Source of the DNA: an uncultured Alphaproteobacteria bacterium
Lineage (GTDB): Bacteria > Pseudomonadota > Alphaproteobacteria > Rhizobiales > Rhodomicrobiaceae
Direction of reading: 5' to 3'
Length of the DNA: 64,000 nucleotides
Assembly: GCA_963833565.1 (NCBI GenBank)
Contig: CAWHYO010000039.1
Span: 74,303 to 138,302 of the forward strand
The notes beneath the pieces are model-generated. The model did not search any database and had not been told where the DNA came from. It worked only from the letters and a program-made list of their open reading frames with translations. The translations under genes and the position numbers were made by a program. This document shows, piece by piece, positions 20,888-30,110 of the stretch; positions within the stretch are counted from its first letter, which is position 1; each line of letters starts with the position of its first letter.

Positions 20888-21457
20888 TTAAGAAAGGGGC
20901 AGGACCTTCCGGCCGTAGACCGTATTTGCCAATGTCGCCGTAGCAATGTACCAGGCGAGCAGGCCCACGACAAAGATTTCCCAGCCCGCGACCGGCGCCG
21001 ACACGAACCCGAGCGTCACGCCGTCCAGCAGCAAGAACGCCACCAGCAGCAGCCAGAACAGAACCGCCAAGTACTTACCCACACCCTGCGCGGCGATGCA
21101 AAAGGCAAGTGTGAACAGCGTCCACACGAAGAAGAATCCGAATTGCTCGTTAGCGCCCGCTTTGAGGCCCGCGTTCGGCTGCACGTACAGCAACACAAAC
21201 AGCGACCACCAGAATGCGCCGTAGCTCATGAAGGCGGAGCCGCCGAAGATGCTTCCTTTTCGAAGGTCCACCACGCCCGCAACGAATTGCGCCGTGCCCC
21301 CGAAGGCGATAGCCAGCGCGAGCGTTGGCCCGGCGTTCCAATAGCCCACGTTATGCAGGCCTGTCGCCATTGTGGTTGTGCCGAAGCCCATCAGCCCAAC
21401 AACCGCTGGATTGGCCCACCATTCCTTGTACATCCCCACGTCCATGACTTCTGTCAT
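20888..21457 (-). CDS. SatP/YaaH (GPR1/FUN34) acetate/monocarboxylate channel
   Basis: ANPAVVGLMGFGTTT signature, FGGTAQF, SYGAFW, 6 TM helices. Confidence 0.9.
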   Translation of the reverse strand: MTEVMDVGMYKEWWANPAVVGLMGFGTTTMATGLHNVGYWNAGPTLALAIAFGGTAQFVAGVVDLRKGSIFGGSAFMSYGAFWWSLFVLLYVQPNAGLKAGANEQFGFFFVWTLFTLAFCIAAQGVGKYLAVLFWLLLVAFLLLDGVTLGFVSAPVAGWEIFVVGLLAWYIATATLANTVYGRKVLPLS

Positions 21458-21561
21458 TTTTGCTTCATCCCTTGATTTGCGATCGCTTTTAAAAGCTTCG
21501 GCTTCAGTTTTCCGAAGCGATAAGCTTCGGCGGCCTGGGCAACAATCAGCCCCGACGAACA

Positions 21562-21586
21562 GGAACAAGCAGGAGCGCCGCTTGTT
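21562..21586 (+). promoter_or_regulatory. Putative sigma-EcfG promoter
   Basis: GGAAC-N16-TGTT, 28 nt upstream of the ASRT ATG; AGGAGG RBS. Confidence 0.55.
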
Positions 21587-21614
21587 GCGCCTTGCGTCCA
21601 AAGGAGGAGGAGAC

Positions 21615-21992
21615 ATGGCTGAGGCGGTCGGGCATCGCGTCTGGGCGATAGCGGAAGGCTACATTCCCCCGGCGAGCACCGGAACCACGCGGCAGTTCGT
21701 CAGCCACGAAACCGTTTGCATCCTGAACGCCGGCGACAGCGAAGCCGACGTCGAGATCACCGTTTACTTCGCCGGCCGCGATCCCGCAGGTCCTTATCGG
21801 CTGAAGGTGCCGCCGAGGCGCACGCGCCATCTCCGTTTCAACGATCTAAAGGACCCGGAGCCGATCCCCGAAGACACGGACTATTCGAGCGTCATCGTTT
21901 CGAATGTGCCGGTCGTCATCCAGCATACGAGGCTCGACACGCGCCAGCCCGCGCTGGCACTCCTGAGCACAATCGCCTATCCCGTCCGGTAG
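21615..21992 (+). CDS. Sensory rhodopsin transducer (ASRT/ASRAH) family protein
   Basis: GHRVWAIAEGYIP, SHETVCILN, RTRHLRFNDL, SNVPVVIQHTRLDTRQ. Confidence 0.88.
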   Translation: MAEAVGHRVWAIAEGYIPPASTGTTRQFVSHETVCILNAGDSEADVEITVYFAGRDPAGPYRLKVPPRRTRHLRFNDLKDPEPIPEDTDYSSVIVSNVPVVIQHTRLDTRQPALALLSTIAYPVR

Positions 21993-21997
21993 CGCGC

Positions 21998-22777
21998 TCA
22001 CTCCCTGTGCGAGAAGTCCTCAAGAACCTCGCTCAGCGCTTCGCTCTTCACATAGGAAGGCCCGGTGAACGGATAGTTGATCTCGACAATCGCGAAAACA
22101 GACGTGAAGGTCAGAAGCGACAGGAAGCCGGTCATGAGGATTTGCGCACGCAGGTTCCGGGTGCCGAAAAAGAATGCAAACGAGACAGTGAGGATCGCGG
22201 CGCCAAAGACAACGATCCATACGACAGCCGGAACGACGCCATTGGCAAGATGAAGGCGCGTTCGGCGGGCGTGGGTGATTTCGTCGAGTTGCTTGAACAT
22301 CTCAATCAGAAGGGCTGTCTGTTTTGTGTCGCCCTCGGTTAAGCGTGTGACGGTTCCATAGAGCGCGCTCAGGGCCTCCGTGACGCCGGGGCTCTTCTTT
22401 CCGGCAGCCATTGCAGGCCAGTCTTTTTCGATGGCGAGCCTGAGATAATCGCTAAGCGCCTCCCTTGTCGCTTTCGTTTTTGGATCGGGGTCGGACGCGA
22501 GGCGGTACAAGGTTGCAGCGGCTCCCGCCTCTTGCGCTACGGCTTCTTCTGCTGCAGAAAACTTCTCCCACACTACGATCACGGCGAAGGCGACGATCAC
22601 GGCGAAAATCACGCCAACGGTCGCGAATTTGAAGCCGGCGATCTCGTTATTCGTCGTCAACTGCTCAAGCTCGACCGATTTGCGCACGATGAGTTGCCCG
22701 CAAATGGCAGCGATCGTTGGGAGGACCACGACGAGAAGCATCGCCTGCCAGAGCGGCAGTCCGGCCAAGAACAGCAT
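21998..22777 (-). CDS. DUF4239 (bestrophin-like) membrane protein
   Basis: NNEIAGFKFATVGVIFAVIVAF, EWP-like KDWPAM, ARRTRL, INYPFTG. Confidence 0.82.
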   Translation of the reverse strand: MLFLAGLPLWQAMLLVVVLPTIAAICGQLIVRKSVELEQLTTNNEIAGFKFATVGVIFAVIVAFAVIVVWEKFSAAEEAVAQEAGAAATLYRLASDPDPKTKATREALSDYLRLAIEKDWPAMAAGKKSPGVTEALSALYGTVTRLTEGDTKQTALLIEMFKQLDEITHARRTRLHLANGVVPAVVWIVVFGAAILTVSFAFFFGTRNLRAQILMTGFLSLLTFTSVFAIVEINYPFTGPSYVKSEALSEVLEDFSHRE

Positions 22778-22873
22778 CAGCTTACAGTTCCCTCTTTGCA
22801 AAGAGGCAACTGTAAGCCTTTCTATTTGCTCAGGCTCTTCAAGAAGATGTGCTTATAAATGTCCGGCGGGCTT

Positions 22874-23449
22874 TCACTCCGCCAGCGCGCGCTCGATGCG
22901 CCGGTCGGGGATGAGCCACATCACGGCGACAGATACATAGATGATGCCAGCGATGAGCGGATCGACGAAGGCCAGCACGATCGCCGCCAGGTACAGGAAC
23001 GGAGAAATCTTTCCCTTGATGTCCCGTCCCAGGGCCTTGGCGAGCGTAGAAGCTTGCCCCTCCCGGCGAAGGATCGCCTTCTGAAGCAGGTAGTAAGCGA
23101 TGGCGGGCATGAGCAGAGCCACGCCATAAACAGCGGTCGGCAGCTTTGCGAAGTGGTTCTCCCCCATCCAGGCCGTGGCGAACGGCACCAGCGACAGCCA
23201 GAACAGGAGATGGGTGTTGGCCCATAGGATGAGCCCGTCGACCCGGGTTACGGTGTAGAGCAGATGGTGGTGATTGTTCCAGTAGATGGCGACATACACG
23301 AAACTCAGGACGTAACTCAGGAAAACCGGCAGGACCCCTGCCAGATCGTCCCAGCCCGCTCCGTGCGGGACTTTGAGTTCCAGAACCATGATCGTTATGA
23401 TGATGGCGACAACGCCATCGCTGAAGGCAAGAAGCCGGTCCTTTTCCAT
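22874..23449 (-). CDS. TMEM175 family (DUF1211) potassium channel
   Basis: RLLAFSDGVVAIIITIMVLEL, YWNNHHH, WLIPDRRIE. Confidence 0.92.
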   Translation of the reverse strand: MEKDRLLAFSDGVVAIIITIMVLELKVPHGAGWDDLAGVLPVFLSYVLSFVYVAIYWNNHHHLLYTVTRVDGLILWANTHLLFWLSLVPFATAWMGENHFAKLPTAVYGVALLMPAIAYYLLQKAILRREGQASTLAKALGRDIKGKISPFLYLAAIVLAFVDPLIAGIIYVSVAVMWLIPDRRIERALAE

Positions 23450-23620
23450 GCCGTGAGCTCCGGGAATGCTGGACGTTGACATTGCCGCCGGTTTACCCGA
23501 TAAATCCGGCGCAGCCGTATAGGTGAAATTGCGCAACCTAAGGCCCATCTCCCGCTAAGAGAGAACAAAGTCCGCTGTGGCGGCGCCGATCGGTGCGTTT
23601 CAAGAAAGATAGAGGACTCC

Positions 23621-23986
23621 ATGTACGCGGTGATCCGCACGGGGGGCAAGCAATACAAGGTTGCCCCGGAAGATGTGCTAGAGATTGAGAAGATCGAAGG
23701 GGCCGCGGGCGATGCGGTCAGCTTTCCCGATGTTTTGATGGTTGCAGGCGAAGGCGGCCCGACGTTCGGCGCACCGCTTGTTTCCGGCGCTGCCGTCTCG
23801 GCCGAGGTTGTCGAGCAGGGACGCGGGCCGAAGGTTATCATCTTCAAGAAGAAGCGCCGCCAGAACTACCGGCGCAAGAGGGGCCACCGGCAGTCATTGA
23901 CCACGGTGCGCATCTTGGAAATCCTGACTGATGGCAAGGCCCCGTCGAAAGCGGCGAAGGCAAAGCCTGCGGAAGCAAGCGAATAG
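23621..23986 (+). CDS. rplU: 50S ribosomal protein L21
   Basis: [31 protein letters not shown]. Confidence 0.99.
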   Translation: MYAVIRTGGKQYKVAPEDVLEIEKIEGAAGDAVSFPDVLMVAGEGGPTFGAPLVSGAAVSAEVVEQGRGPKVIIFKKKRRQNYRRKRGHRQSLTTVRILEILTDGKAPSKAAKAKPAEASE

Positions 23987-24011
23987 CACCGAGATTTGAA
24001 GGCGAAAGACA

Positions 24012-24275
24012 ATGGCACATAAAAAAGCAGGCGGTTCGTCCCGGAACGGCCGCGACTCCGCAGGCCGGCGCCTCGGCGTGAAGAAGTTCGGCGGGGAACA
24101 GGTCGCTCCCGGCAACATCATTCTGCGCCAGCGCGGCACGCAGTGGCATCCTGGCGACGGCGTCGGAATGGGACGCGACCACACGATTTTCGCCGAGCGC
24201 GAGGGCGTGGTTGAGTTCAAGACCAAAGCGCTTGGCCGGACCTATGTTTCGGTTGTCGGCGGCGAGGCGAACTGA
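24012..24275 (+). CDS. rpmA: 50S ribosomal protein L27
   Basis: [16 protein letters not shown]. Confidence 0.99.
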   Translation: MAHKKAGGSSRNGRDSAGRRLGVKKFGGEQVAPGNIILRQRGTQWHPGDGVGMGRDHTIFAEREGVVEFKTKALGRTYVSVVGGEAN

Positions 24276-24383
24276 ACGCAAGAAATCTTGTCCGGGCTTC
24301 GGCGCATTGACCAGCGCCGGGCTCGCGCAATTATTAGTGCGTCCTGTTGATGAGAATGCCGTTGGTGGCGACTGGCGGACGGG

Positions 24384-25235
24384 ATGAGCACACGACTACC
24401 GGTAATCCGTTTTGCAACCGAGTTGCGCAAGGCTGTGCAGCAGTGGCGCCGGCGCGGGCAGCGGGTCGCCCTTGTTCCCACCATGGGCGGCCTTCACGAA
24501 GGGCATCTTTCGCTGGTTCGCCTCGCAAAAAAGCACGCGTCCCGCGTCGTCGTTTCAGTTTTCGTGAACCCCACGCAATTTGCGCCCCACGAGGATTTCA
24601 ACAGCTATCCGCGCAACGAGGAGCACGACTGGCACAAGCTCCTGAGCGTGCAGCCAGACGCCATGTACGCGCCGGAAGTTGACGAAATCTATCCGCATGA
24701 CTTCGCGACCCGTGTCGAGGTGGCAGGGCTCACCCAAACGCTCGAGGGGATTTCCCGGCCGCATTTTTTCGCCGGGGTCACGACGGTTGTCGCAAAGCTT
24801 TTCCTGCAATGCCTGCCCGACTTGGCCGTCTTTGGCGAGAAGGATTATCAGCAGCTTCTCGTGGTGAAGCGCATGGTCAAGGACATGGCCTTCCCGATCA
24901 CCATCCTGCCAGGGCCCATTGTGCGCGAGCGCGATGGCCTCGCGATGTCCTCCCGCAATGTTTATCTCGATCCCAAGGAACGCAGCATTGCCCCACAGCT
25001 TTACGCGATCCTCAGGGATGTGGCGGCTGACCTCGCATCAGGACGCCCGGTAAGGGAATCGCTGACGCAAGGGAAGGTTCGGCTGGAGAACGCCGGCTTC
25101 AGGATCGATTATCTCGAACTGCGCGATAGCGAAACCCTCATGCCAATGGAGGCCATCGCGCATGAGCGGACACGGCTTCTCGCGGCGGTCTTCCTGGGCC
25201 GCGTCCGCTTGATCGACAACATCGAGGTTACCTGA
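24384..25235 (+). CDS. panC: Pantoate-beta-alanine ligase
   Basis: VPTMGGLHEGH, FVNPTQF, FGEKDYQQ, GLAMSSRN, RLIDN. Confidence 0.98.
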   Translation: MSTRLPVIRFATELRKAVQQWRRRGQRVALVPTMGGLHEGHLSLVRLAKKHASRVVVSVFVNPTQFAPHEDFNSYPRNEEHDWHKLLSVQPDAMYAPEVDEIYPHDFATRVEVAGLTQTLEGISRPHFFAGVTTVVAKLFLQCLPDLAVFGEKDYQQLLVVKRMVKDMAFPITILPGPIVRERDGLAMSSRNVYLDPKERSIAPQLYAILRDVAADLASGRPVRESLTQGKVRLENAGFRIDYLELRDSETLMPMEAIAHERTRLLAAVFLGRVRLIDNIEVT

Positions 25236-25418
25236 TCCTCGGGCATGATGGCGGCGACCAGATGCGTACCACAACCCGGAACGGCTCTAGAAAGAAACTC
25301 GCTACCTGCAGATGCTGACACAAACGTCTGCAACTCGTTTCATTCCCAGCGGGTCGGCAGCGAGGCCGGCGGCGAACTAAGCAGAGTTAGCCAGACGCTC
25401 CAGCGGATCGCCGCCTCT

Positions 25419-25514
25419 GTCATCCCGGAAGGCGAAGCCTTATCCGGGATCGTAACAAGTTGAAGCGCTTGACTTTTTTCGATCCCGGCTCGCGCTTCGC
25501 TTGGCCTGGATGAC
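25419..25514. repeat. Palindromic REP/MITE-like element, copy 2 (inverted relative to copy 1)
   Basis: Reverse complement aligns with 19334-19430 along its whole length. Confidence 0.85.
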
Positions 25515-25598
25515 GACTTTGCTTCAGAAAGCTGGCCAAGCTGACGAAGTTTGCTTAGAGCCTCGTGCGTTTAATCGGACGCGTGCGTCCCGATGATC

Positions 25599-25697
25599 GT
25601 CACCCCGGAATGCGCCTCGGCGCATATCCAGGGGCCGTTACAAATCGAGGCGTCTTTTGCGTTCCCGGATACGACGCAGGCGTCGTTCCGGGATGAC
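25599..25697. repeat. Related palindromic element, divergent copy 3
   Basis: Ends gtcaccccgg ... ccgggatgac, similar length and internal hairpins. Confidence 0.7.
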
Positions 25698-25743
25698 AAG
25701 CTCCTCGGGAGTCGGAACCGATCCCGGTTTTACGCACTGTGCG

Positions 25744-26485
25744 CTAGAACTTATAGTTCAGGCCCGTGCGGATGATATTGATGCTGCCGATCTCATGGGT
25801 GTAGTCCTGCCTCGAGTATCCGTTTACGGTTCCGGTCATCCCGGAACTCGCTGCCAAAACCGTCCGCGTAGAGATATTCGATCTTGCCCGATAGCCGGGG
25901 TGTGAAGGCGTACTCCGCGCCCGCGCCAACCACGTAGCCGGTCTTCCATCCTTGATAGAAGTTGGACTCATTGGCGTCGTTGCCGACGATCACTTCGTTT
26001 GCGTGCACCATCGCCAAACCCCCTGTTCCGTAGAAGAGGGTGGGGCCAAGGGCGTAGCCTATTCGCCCGCGGATGGTAGCGAAGCCATCCCAGCCGCCTG
26101 ACCAGTCATGGCCATCGTAGATATACATGTGCTGCTGGCCTTCCATGCCAGACCAGCTGAGATCGGCTTCAGCGCCCATGACCCAGTTAGGTGAAAACTG
26201 ATAGTTGTAGCCAACGGTGCCTCCGAGGAGGACGCCGCTCGGATCGTTCTCGGCCCAGCCGTGGACGTTGTTGTTACCGGTATTGCCGCCATAATCCACA
26301 AAGTTCTTCGACACGCCGCTCCCGTAACCTGCGGTCGCACCGCCGTAGAAGCCGGACCAGTTCCAGGGCACCGCGACATAAGGAGCGTCCTTTAGGCCGC
26401 CTGGTCCGGAGAAGTCGGCCGCATGCACAACACCCAACCCAACCAAGGATACACTTACGCCAGCAAGAATCGCCCTCATCCCCAT
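25744..26485 (-). CDS. Outer-membrane beta-barrel protein, Omp25/RopB-like (frameshift near 25850)
   Basis: Signal peptide, ADFSGPGGLKD, WSGFYGG, GYNYQ, RGRIGYA; C-terminal RTGLNYKF in the shifted frame. Confidence 0.9.
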
Positions 26486-26825
26486 CTTCTCTCTCCGTTT
26501 GAAAAAGTCATGCAACAATATTGAAGCCGCATGCTCTTCTGTTTGCCGGACAACACGAGATCAACTCGATGGGATAGATCTATACTGACATGATTGTTGA
26601 TATATCGGCAAGAAAACGGCGTTTTGGCCGTTTATGAGACGGGATCTTGCCTCTACCTTGAGTTTAAGTCCTTGTTCTGAATAAAGGTTTTCGATCTGGA
26701 TGGCCCTAATGTGTCGGAACAAGCCACATTCCCATGAAGAATTTTGAGAATATCCTTAATAGTCTGTTGGGTTAACGCACCGCGTAACCTGCAGCAAAGT
26801 TTTTTTTACTTCCGATGGAATAAAC

Positions 26826-27542
26826 TCAAGCAAGGTCAAAGAACCGCGAAGCATTCAAGAATTCAGAAAAGCGCTTGTCCTGCCGCTGAGCTGCTTCAAA
26901 GTCCTCACCCCACTGGGAGACCTGCCAATTCTCATCCACGTGCGCGGCCTCCCATGCCGCATCCGTGCTGAGAAACCTGTTTGCGTGCGCGAGCGCGATC
27001 AGGGCCGAGCCGGTGAGCGTTGTCATCACGTGGAGTGCGGCGAGTTTGAATGGATTGAGCGCGGCAAGTGCATGGCTTACGGCTTCGAGCGAAGACGCGG
27101 GCTGATCGATATGCTTCATGCCCGTTCCGACCGTGAATGGCGCGTTATACTCGGCACGAACCCAGGCAAGGATCGGATCCCACAGGCGAGCCTGCTTCGC
27201 CACGAGTCCAACCGGAGACTCGGCGCGATAGCAAAGAAGATCCGAAGCCGCGTACTTCACGATATCCTCCACCACGTCCCCTCGCCTCTCCGCAACGCCA
27301 TCGATTGCGCTGTTTGCGAGGCGGGTCAGCGGAAGGGCCGCCGGCACGATTTCATCGCCTTGCGCGTTCCATTCGGCGGCGATGGCTTCGGCGAGAGCCT
27401 GCGACGGCGCCGCCAGCACTTGACCAGCCGGAGTTTTTATGGGTTTGCCATCGAGTTGGACGCCGAAACTTCCATTTTCGAGGTGAGCAACCGAAGCGGC
27501 GGTATAGAAGCGCTTCGGGTTTTTAGAACGTGAGGCGGTCAT
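26826..27542 (-). CDS. ATP12 (ATPAF2) F1-ATPase assembly chaperone homologue
   Basis: PKRFY, LDGKPIKTP, EWNAQ, PLTRLANSAID, DLLCYRA, AHVDENWQ. Confidence 0.93.
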   Translation of the reverse strand: MTASRSKNPKRFYTAASVAHLENGSFGVQLDGKPIKTPAGQVLAAPSQALAEAIAAEWNAQGDEIVPAALPLTRLANSAIDGVAERRGDVVEDIVKYAASDLLCYRAESPVGLVAKQARLWDPILAWVRAEYNAPFTVGTGMKHIDQPASSLEAVSHALAALNPFKLAALHVMTTLTGSALIALAHANRFLSTDAAWEAAHVDENWQVSQWGEDFEAAQRQDKRFSEFLNASRFFDLA

Positions 27543-27550
27543 GGTTGCCT

Positions 27551-28418
27551 TCAAAGCGTGTTGCGTCGCGCCGCCCGCCAAATACGCCAGAACCGGCGTA
27601 GCGGGCTGAGCGCAATAACCGTATGCAGAGGGTCCGAAATCCGGCGCGGCCATCGCCCTTAGATAAGGTTTCACGAGTGTGAGTGGAAGGAAGGCAGGCC
27701 AAGCCGATGGATCGAGGTCAACGGCCTTGGCGCGAAACTGCTGCAGCGCCCGGTTCGCGGCGCCCCGAAGGTCGGCAAGCGCCGCCCCGAAACTTTCGCT
27801 CGCCTCGCCGCGGTGGATGGCGGCAAGGTCGATCCCCCGGCCTTCGAGGTAGGAGGACGGCAAGATCGTCTTCTGGCGCGATGCGAGAATGGGAAGCTTG
27901 AGAAGCGCTTCGGTCAATCCGTAAGCGACGCCGGCATGTGCCGATGCTTCTCTCGCGGCTTCGCTTCTATCGCCAAGGATCGCAGCCGCAAGCTCGAAGA
28001 CTGCGCCTTCGGTCTCGCGCAAGGACGCCTTCATCGCCCTTTCGTCGGCGGGCGGATCGCCGAACATGGCCGGGACACGGGCATCGATCGTGCCGATCAG
28101 GCGCTCCTTGGGAAGGTTGTGCTCCGCGATCGCGGCGGAGAGCGCGTCGGCGACCGGGTTTCCGGTTCTTGTGCCCGGCGCCGCGAGTTCGACCGCATCC
28201 CGCCACCATTGCAGACGAATCTGGCCAGCCATCGGTTCCGAGACAAACGCCAGGATGTGGTCCAGCTCCGCGTTGAAAGCATAAAGCGCAAGAAGTCCGG
28301 GCCGCTTGGCGCTTGGAGCAAACAGGGCGCTCCAATAGCGGTCGCGGTCGCGTTGCCGGACGACCGCAGCAGCAGCCTCGTCGTCGCGTCTTCTTTTTTT
28401 TATGTCGTCTGAGGTCAA
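27551..28418 (-). CDS. Squalene/phytoene synthase-like protein (NDUFAF6 homologue; frameshift near 27635)
   Basis: DRDRYWSALFAP, ALYAFNAEL, GQIRLQWWRD. The true C-terminus DPLHT...LRRFWRIWRAA* lies in another frame. Confidence 0.88.
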
Positions 28419-28453
28419 CCACCGCTCTCCAAGCAACTTTCTAAATGACAGGC

Positions 28454-28849
28454 TTAGAAGGTGGCCCGAATATTCGCAAGGGGAAGGAGCGCCGATGTAA
28501 ACATTCGTCTTTCGGCAACAAGGACGTTGAAGGTGCGGCAAGCGGCGCCGGTATCCATGACCTCCAGGCCCAAGCCGCGCCGGTCCATCTCGGTCCTGAA
28601 CGAGGGCGACGGGAAAGCCAAGGCCGCGCCGGTGCCAAGCAGGAGGAAATCGCCGCGCAGCGCAGCATGCGCATCGAGGAAGCTGAGGATCTCACTCTCG
28701 TTCCCGCCGCTGGCGGGATTCCAGGCAAAGACGTCTGCCGAAGAGATGAGCAGCGCACTTGTGTGAACAACGCCCGCCAACTGAAATGCGCCGCCTGGCG
28801 TGAGCGAAAGCGGCGCTCTTGCGCCCAGCCTTGCGAATGGGCCCGTCAT
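28454..28849 (-). CDS. Mth938-like protein (NDUFAF3 homologue)
   Basis: LLLGTG, EVMDTGAACRTFNVLVAERR. Confidence 0.9.
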   Translation of the reverse strand: MTGPFARLGARAPLSLTPGGAFQLAGVVHTSALLISSADVFAWNPASGGNESEILSFLDAHAALRGDFLLLGTGAALAFPSPSFRTEMDRRGLGLEVMDTGAACRTFNVLVAERRMFTSALLPLANIRATF

Positions 28850-28867
28850 AGCGATACCCAGTCCCGG

Positions 28868-30088
28868 CTAGCCGCGTCTCTTGGAGCGTCCTCCGCCTGC
28901 CCTCGCCTGCCCCTTGCCCTTCTTCGAAAACTTTTGGCCAGGGGGCTTGCGCGGTGCGGCCGGCGGGAGCGGCGCTGCCGGATCATCCATGCCTTCGACA
29001 TCACCGAGCGGGATCGATGCTGAGAAACCGATGCTGTGAGGAACTGCGCTGTCCACGACCAGGGAACCATTCGTGAGCCCCTCCGATCCGGCATCGCTGC
29101 AGCCGGGCTTCGGGACGGCCTTTGGCTCCGCGGCACGTCCCGCTTTGGCTCCCGGCTTGCCCGGGGCCCTGCCCTTCTCCACCCCGCTCCAGTCGCGCTT
29201 GACCCCGATCAGGATCAGGAACGGCGCTGCGATATAGACCGACGAATAGGTGCCGACAAGAACGCCGAAGAGCATCGCGAAGGTGAACCCGCGAATGACC
29301 TCGCCGCCGAAGAAGTAAAGCGCGATCAGCGCCATCAGGACTGTCCCGACGGTCATGATGGTCCGCGACATCGTCTCGTTCACCGAAAGGTCGAGCAGAT
29401 CCCGCAGCGACATCCGCTTGTACTTGCGCAGGTTCTCTCGAATCCTGTCGTAGATGACGACGGTGTCGTTAATTGAATAGCCGAGAATGGTCAGCAGCGC
29501 GGCGACAATGGTCAGATCAAAGTCGAGTTGGAACAGCGACCAGACGCCAAGTGTAACCATGACGTCGTGCACAAGGGATACGACGGCCCCCAACGCGAAC
29601 TGCCATTCGAAGCGGAACCAGACATAGGCGAAAATCACCAAATTCGTGAGCACGAGCGCCCAGATCGCCGAATTGATGAGCTCCTTCGATACGGTGCTTC
29701 CGACCTGCTCGCGGCGCAGTTCCTTCGTGCCCGCAGGCAGCGCCTGGAGCACCTTGTCGGCTGCGACTTTCTGCGCTTCTGGCCCGCCCTCCTGCTCCGG
29801 GAAGCGGATCAGAAGTTCGTCGTTCTTTCCAAAGTTCTGGAGCTGGATCTCGCCGATGCCAAGTCCGTGGAGCGTTGTCCTGAGCTGAGGCGCATCCACC
29901 GCCATTGGCGTCTGCACCTGCATCAGCGTGCCGCCCTTGAAGTCGATCCCGAAGTTCAAGCCGTTCGTGAACAGGAGTATGACAGTTCCAACAATGGCGA
30001 CGATCGAAAGCGCGAAGCACAGCTGGAAGTACTTCACGAAATGGAAGTGCATCTTCTGTGGAAGGCGGAATAGCGGTTTCAGCAGCAT
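28868..30088 (-). CDS. secF: Protein translocase subunit SecF
   Basis: NFGIDFKGG, HDV, GYSINDTVVIYDRIREN, GTYSS. Confidence 0.97.
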   Translation of the reverse strand: MLLKPLFRLPQKMHFHFVKYFQLCFALSIVAIVGTVILLFTNGLNFGIDFKGGTLMQVQTPMAVDAPQLRTTLHGLGIGEIQLQNFGKNDELLIRFPEQEGGPEAQKVAADKVLQALPAGTKELRREQVGSTVSKELINSAIWALVLTNLVIFAYVWFRFEWQFALGAVVSLVHDVMVTLGVWSLFQLDFDLTIVAALLTILGYSINDTVVIYDRIRENLRKYKRMSLRDLLDLSVNETMSRTIMTVGTVLMALIALYFFGGEVIRGFTFAMLFGVLVGTYSSVYIAAPFLILIGVKRDWSGVEKGRAPGKPGAKAGRAAEPKAVPKPGCSDAGSEGLTNGSLVVDSAVPHSIGFSASIPLGDVEGMDDPAAPLPPAAPRKPPGQKFSKKGKGQARAGGGRSKRRG

Positions 30089-30110
30089 GGCTTGGGGGCT
30101 CGCTCCGGCG

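Noticed and set aside
19592-21475. 627-aa plus-strand ORF
   Set aside because: Antisense shadow of the hydrolase and SatP genes in GC-rich DNA; no protein motifs.
26750-26825. CtrA full box upstream of the OMP gene
   Set aside because: TTAA motifs are present, but none has the canonical N7 spacing.
26826-28541. 571-aa phytoene synthase-ATP12 fusion in the ORF track
   Set aside because: An indel near 27635 causes it; the natural C-terminus and stop (27551) and a separate ATP12 ATG (27542) are visible.
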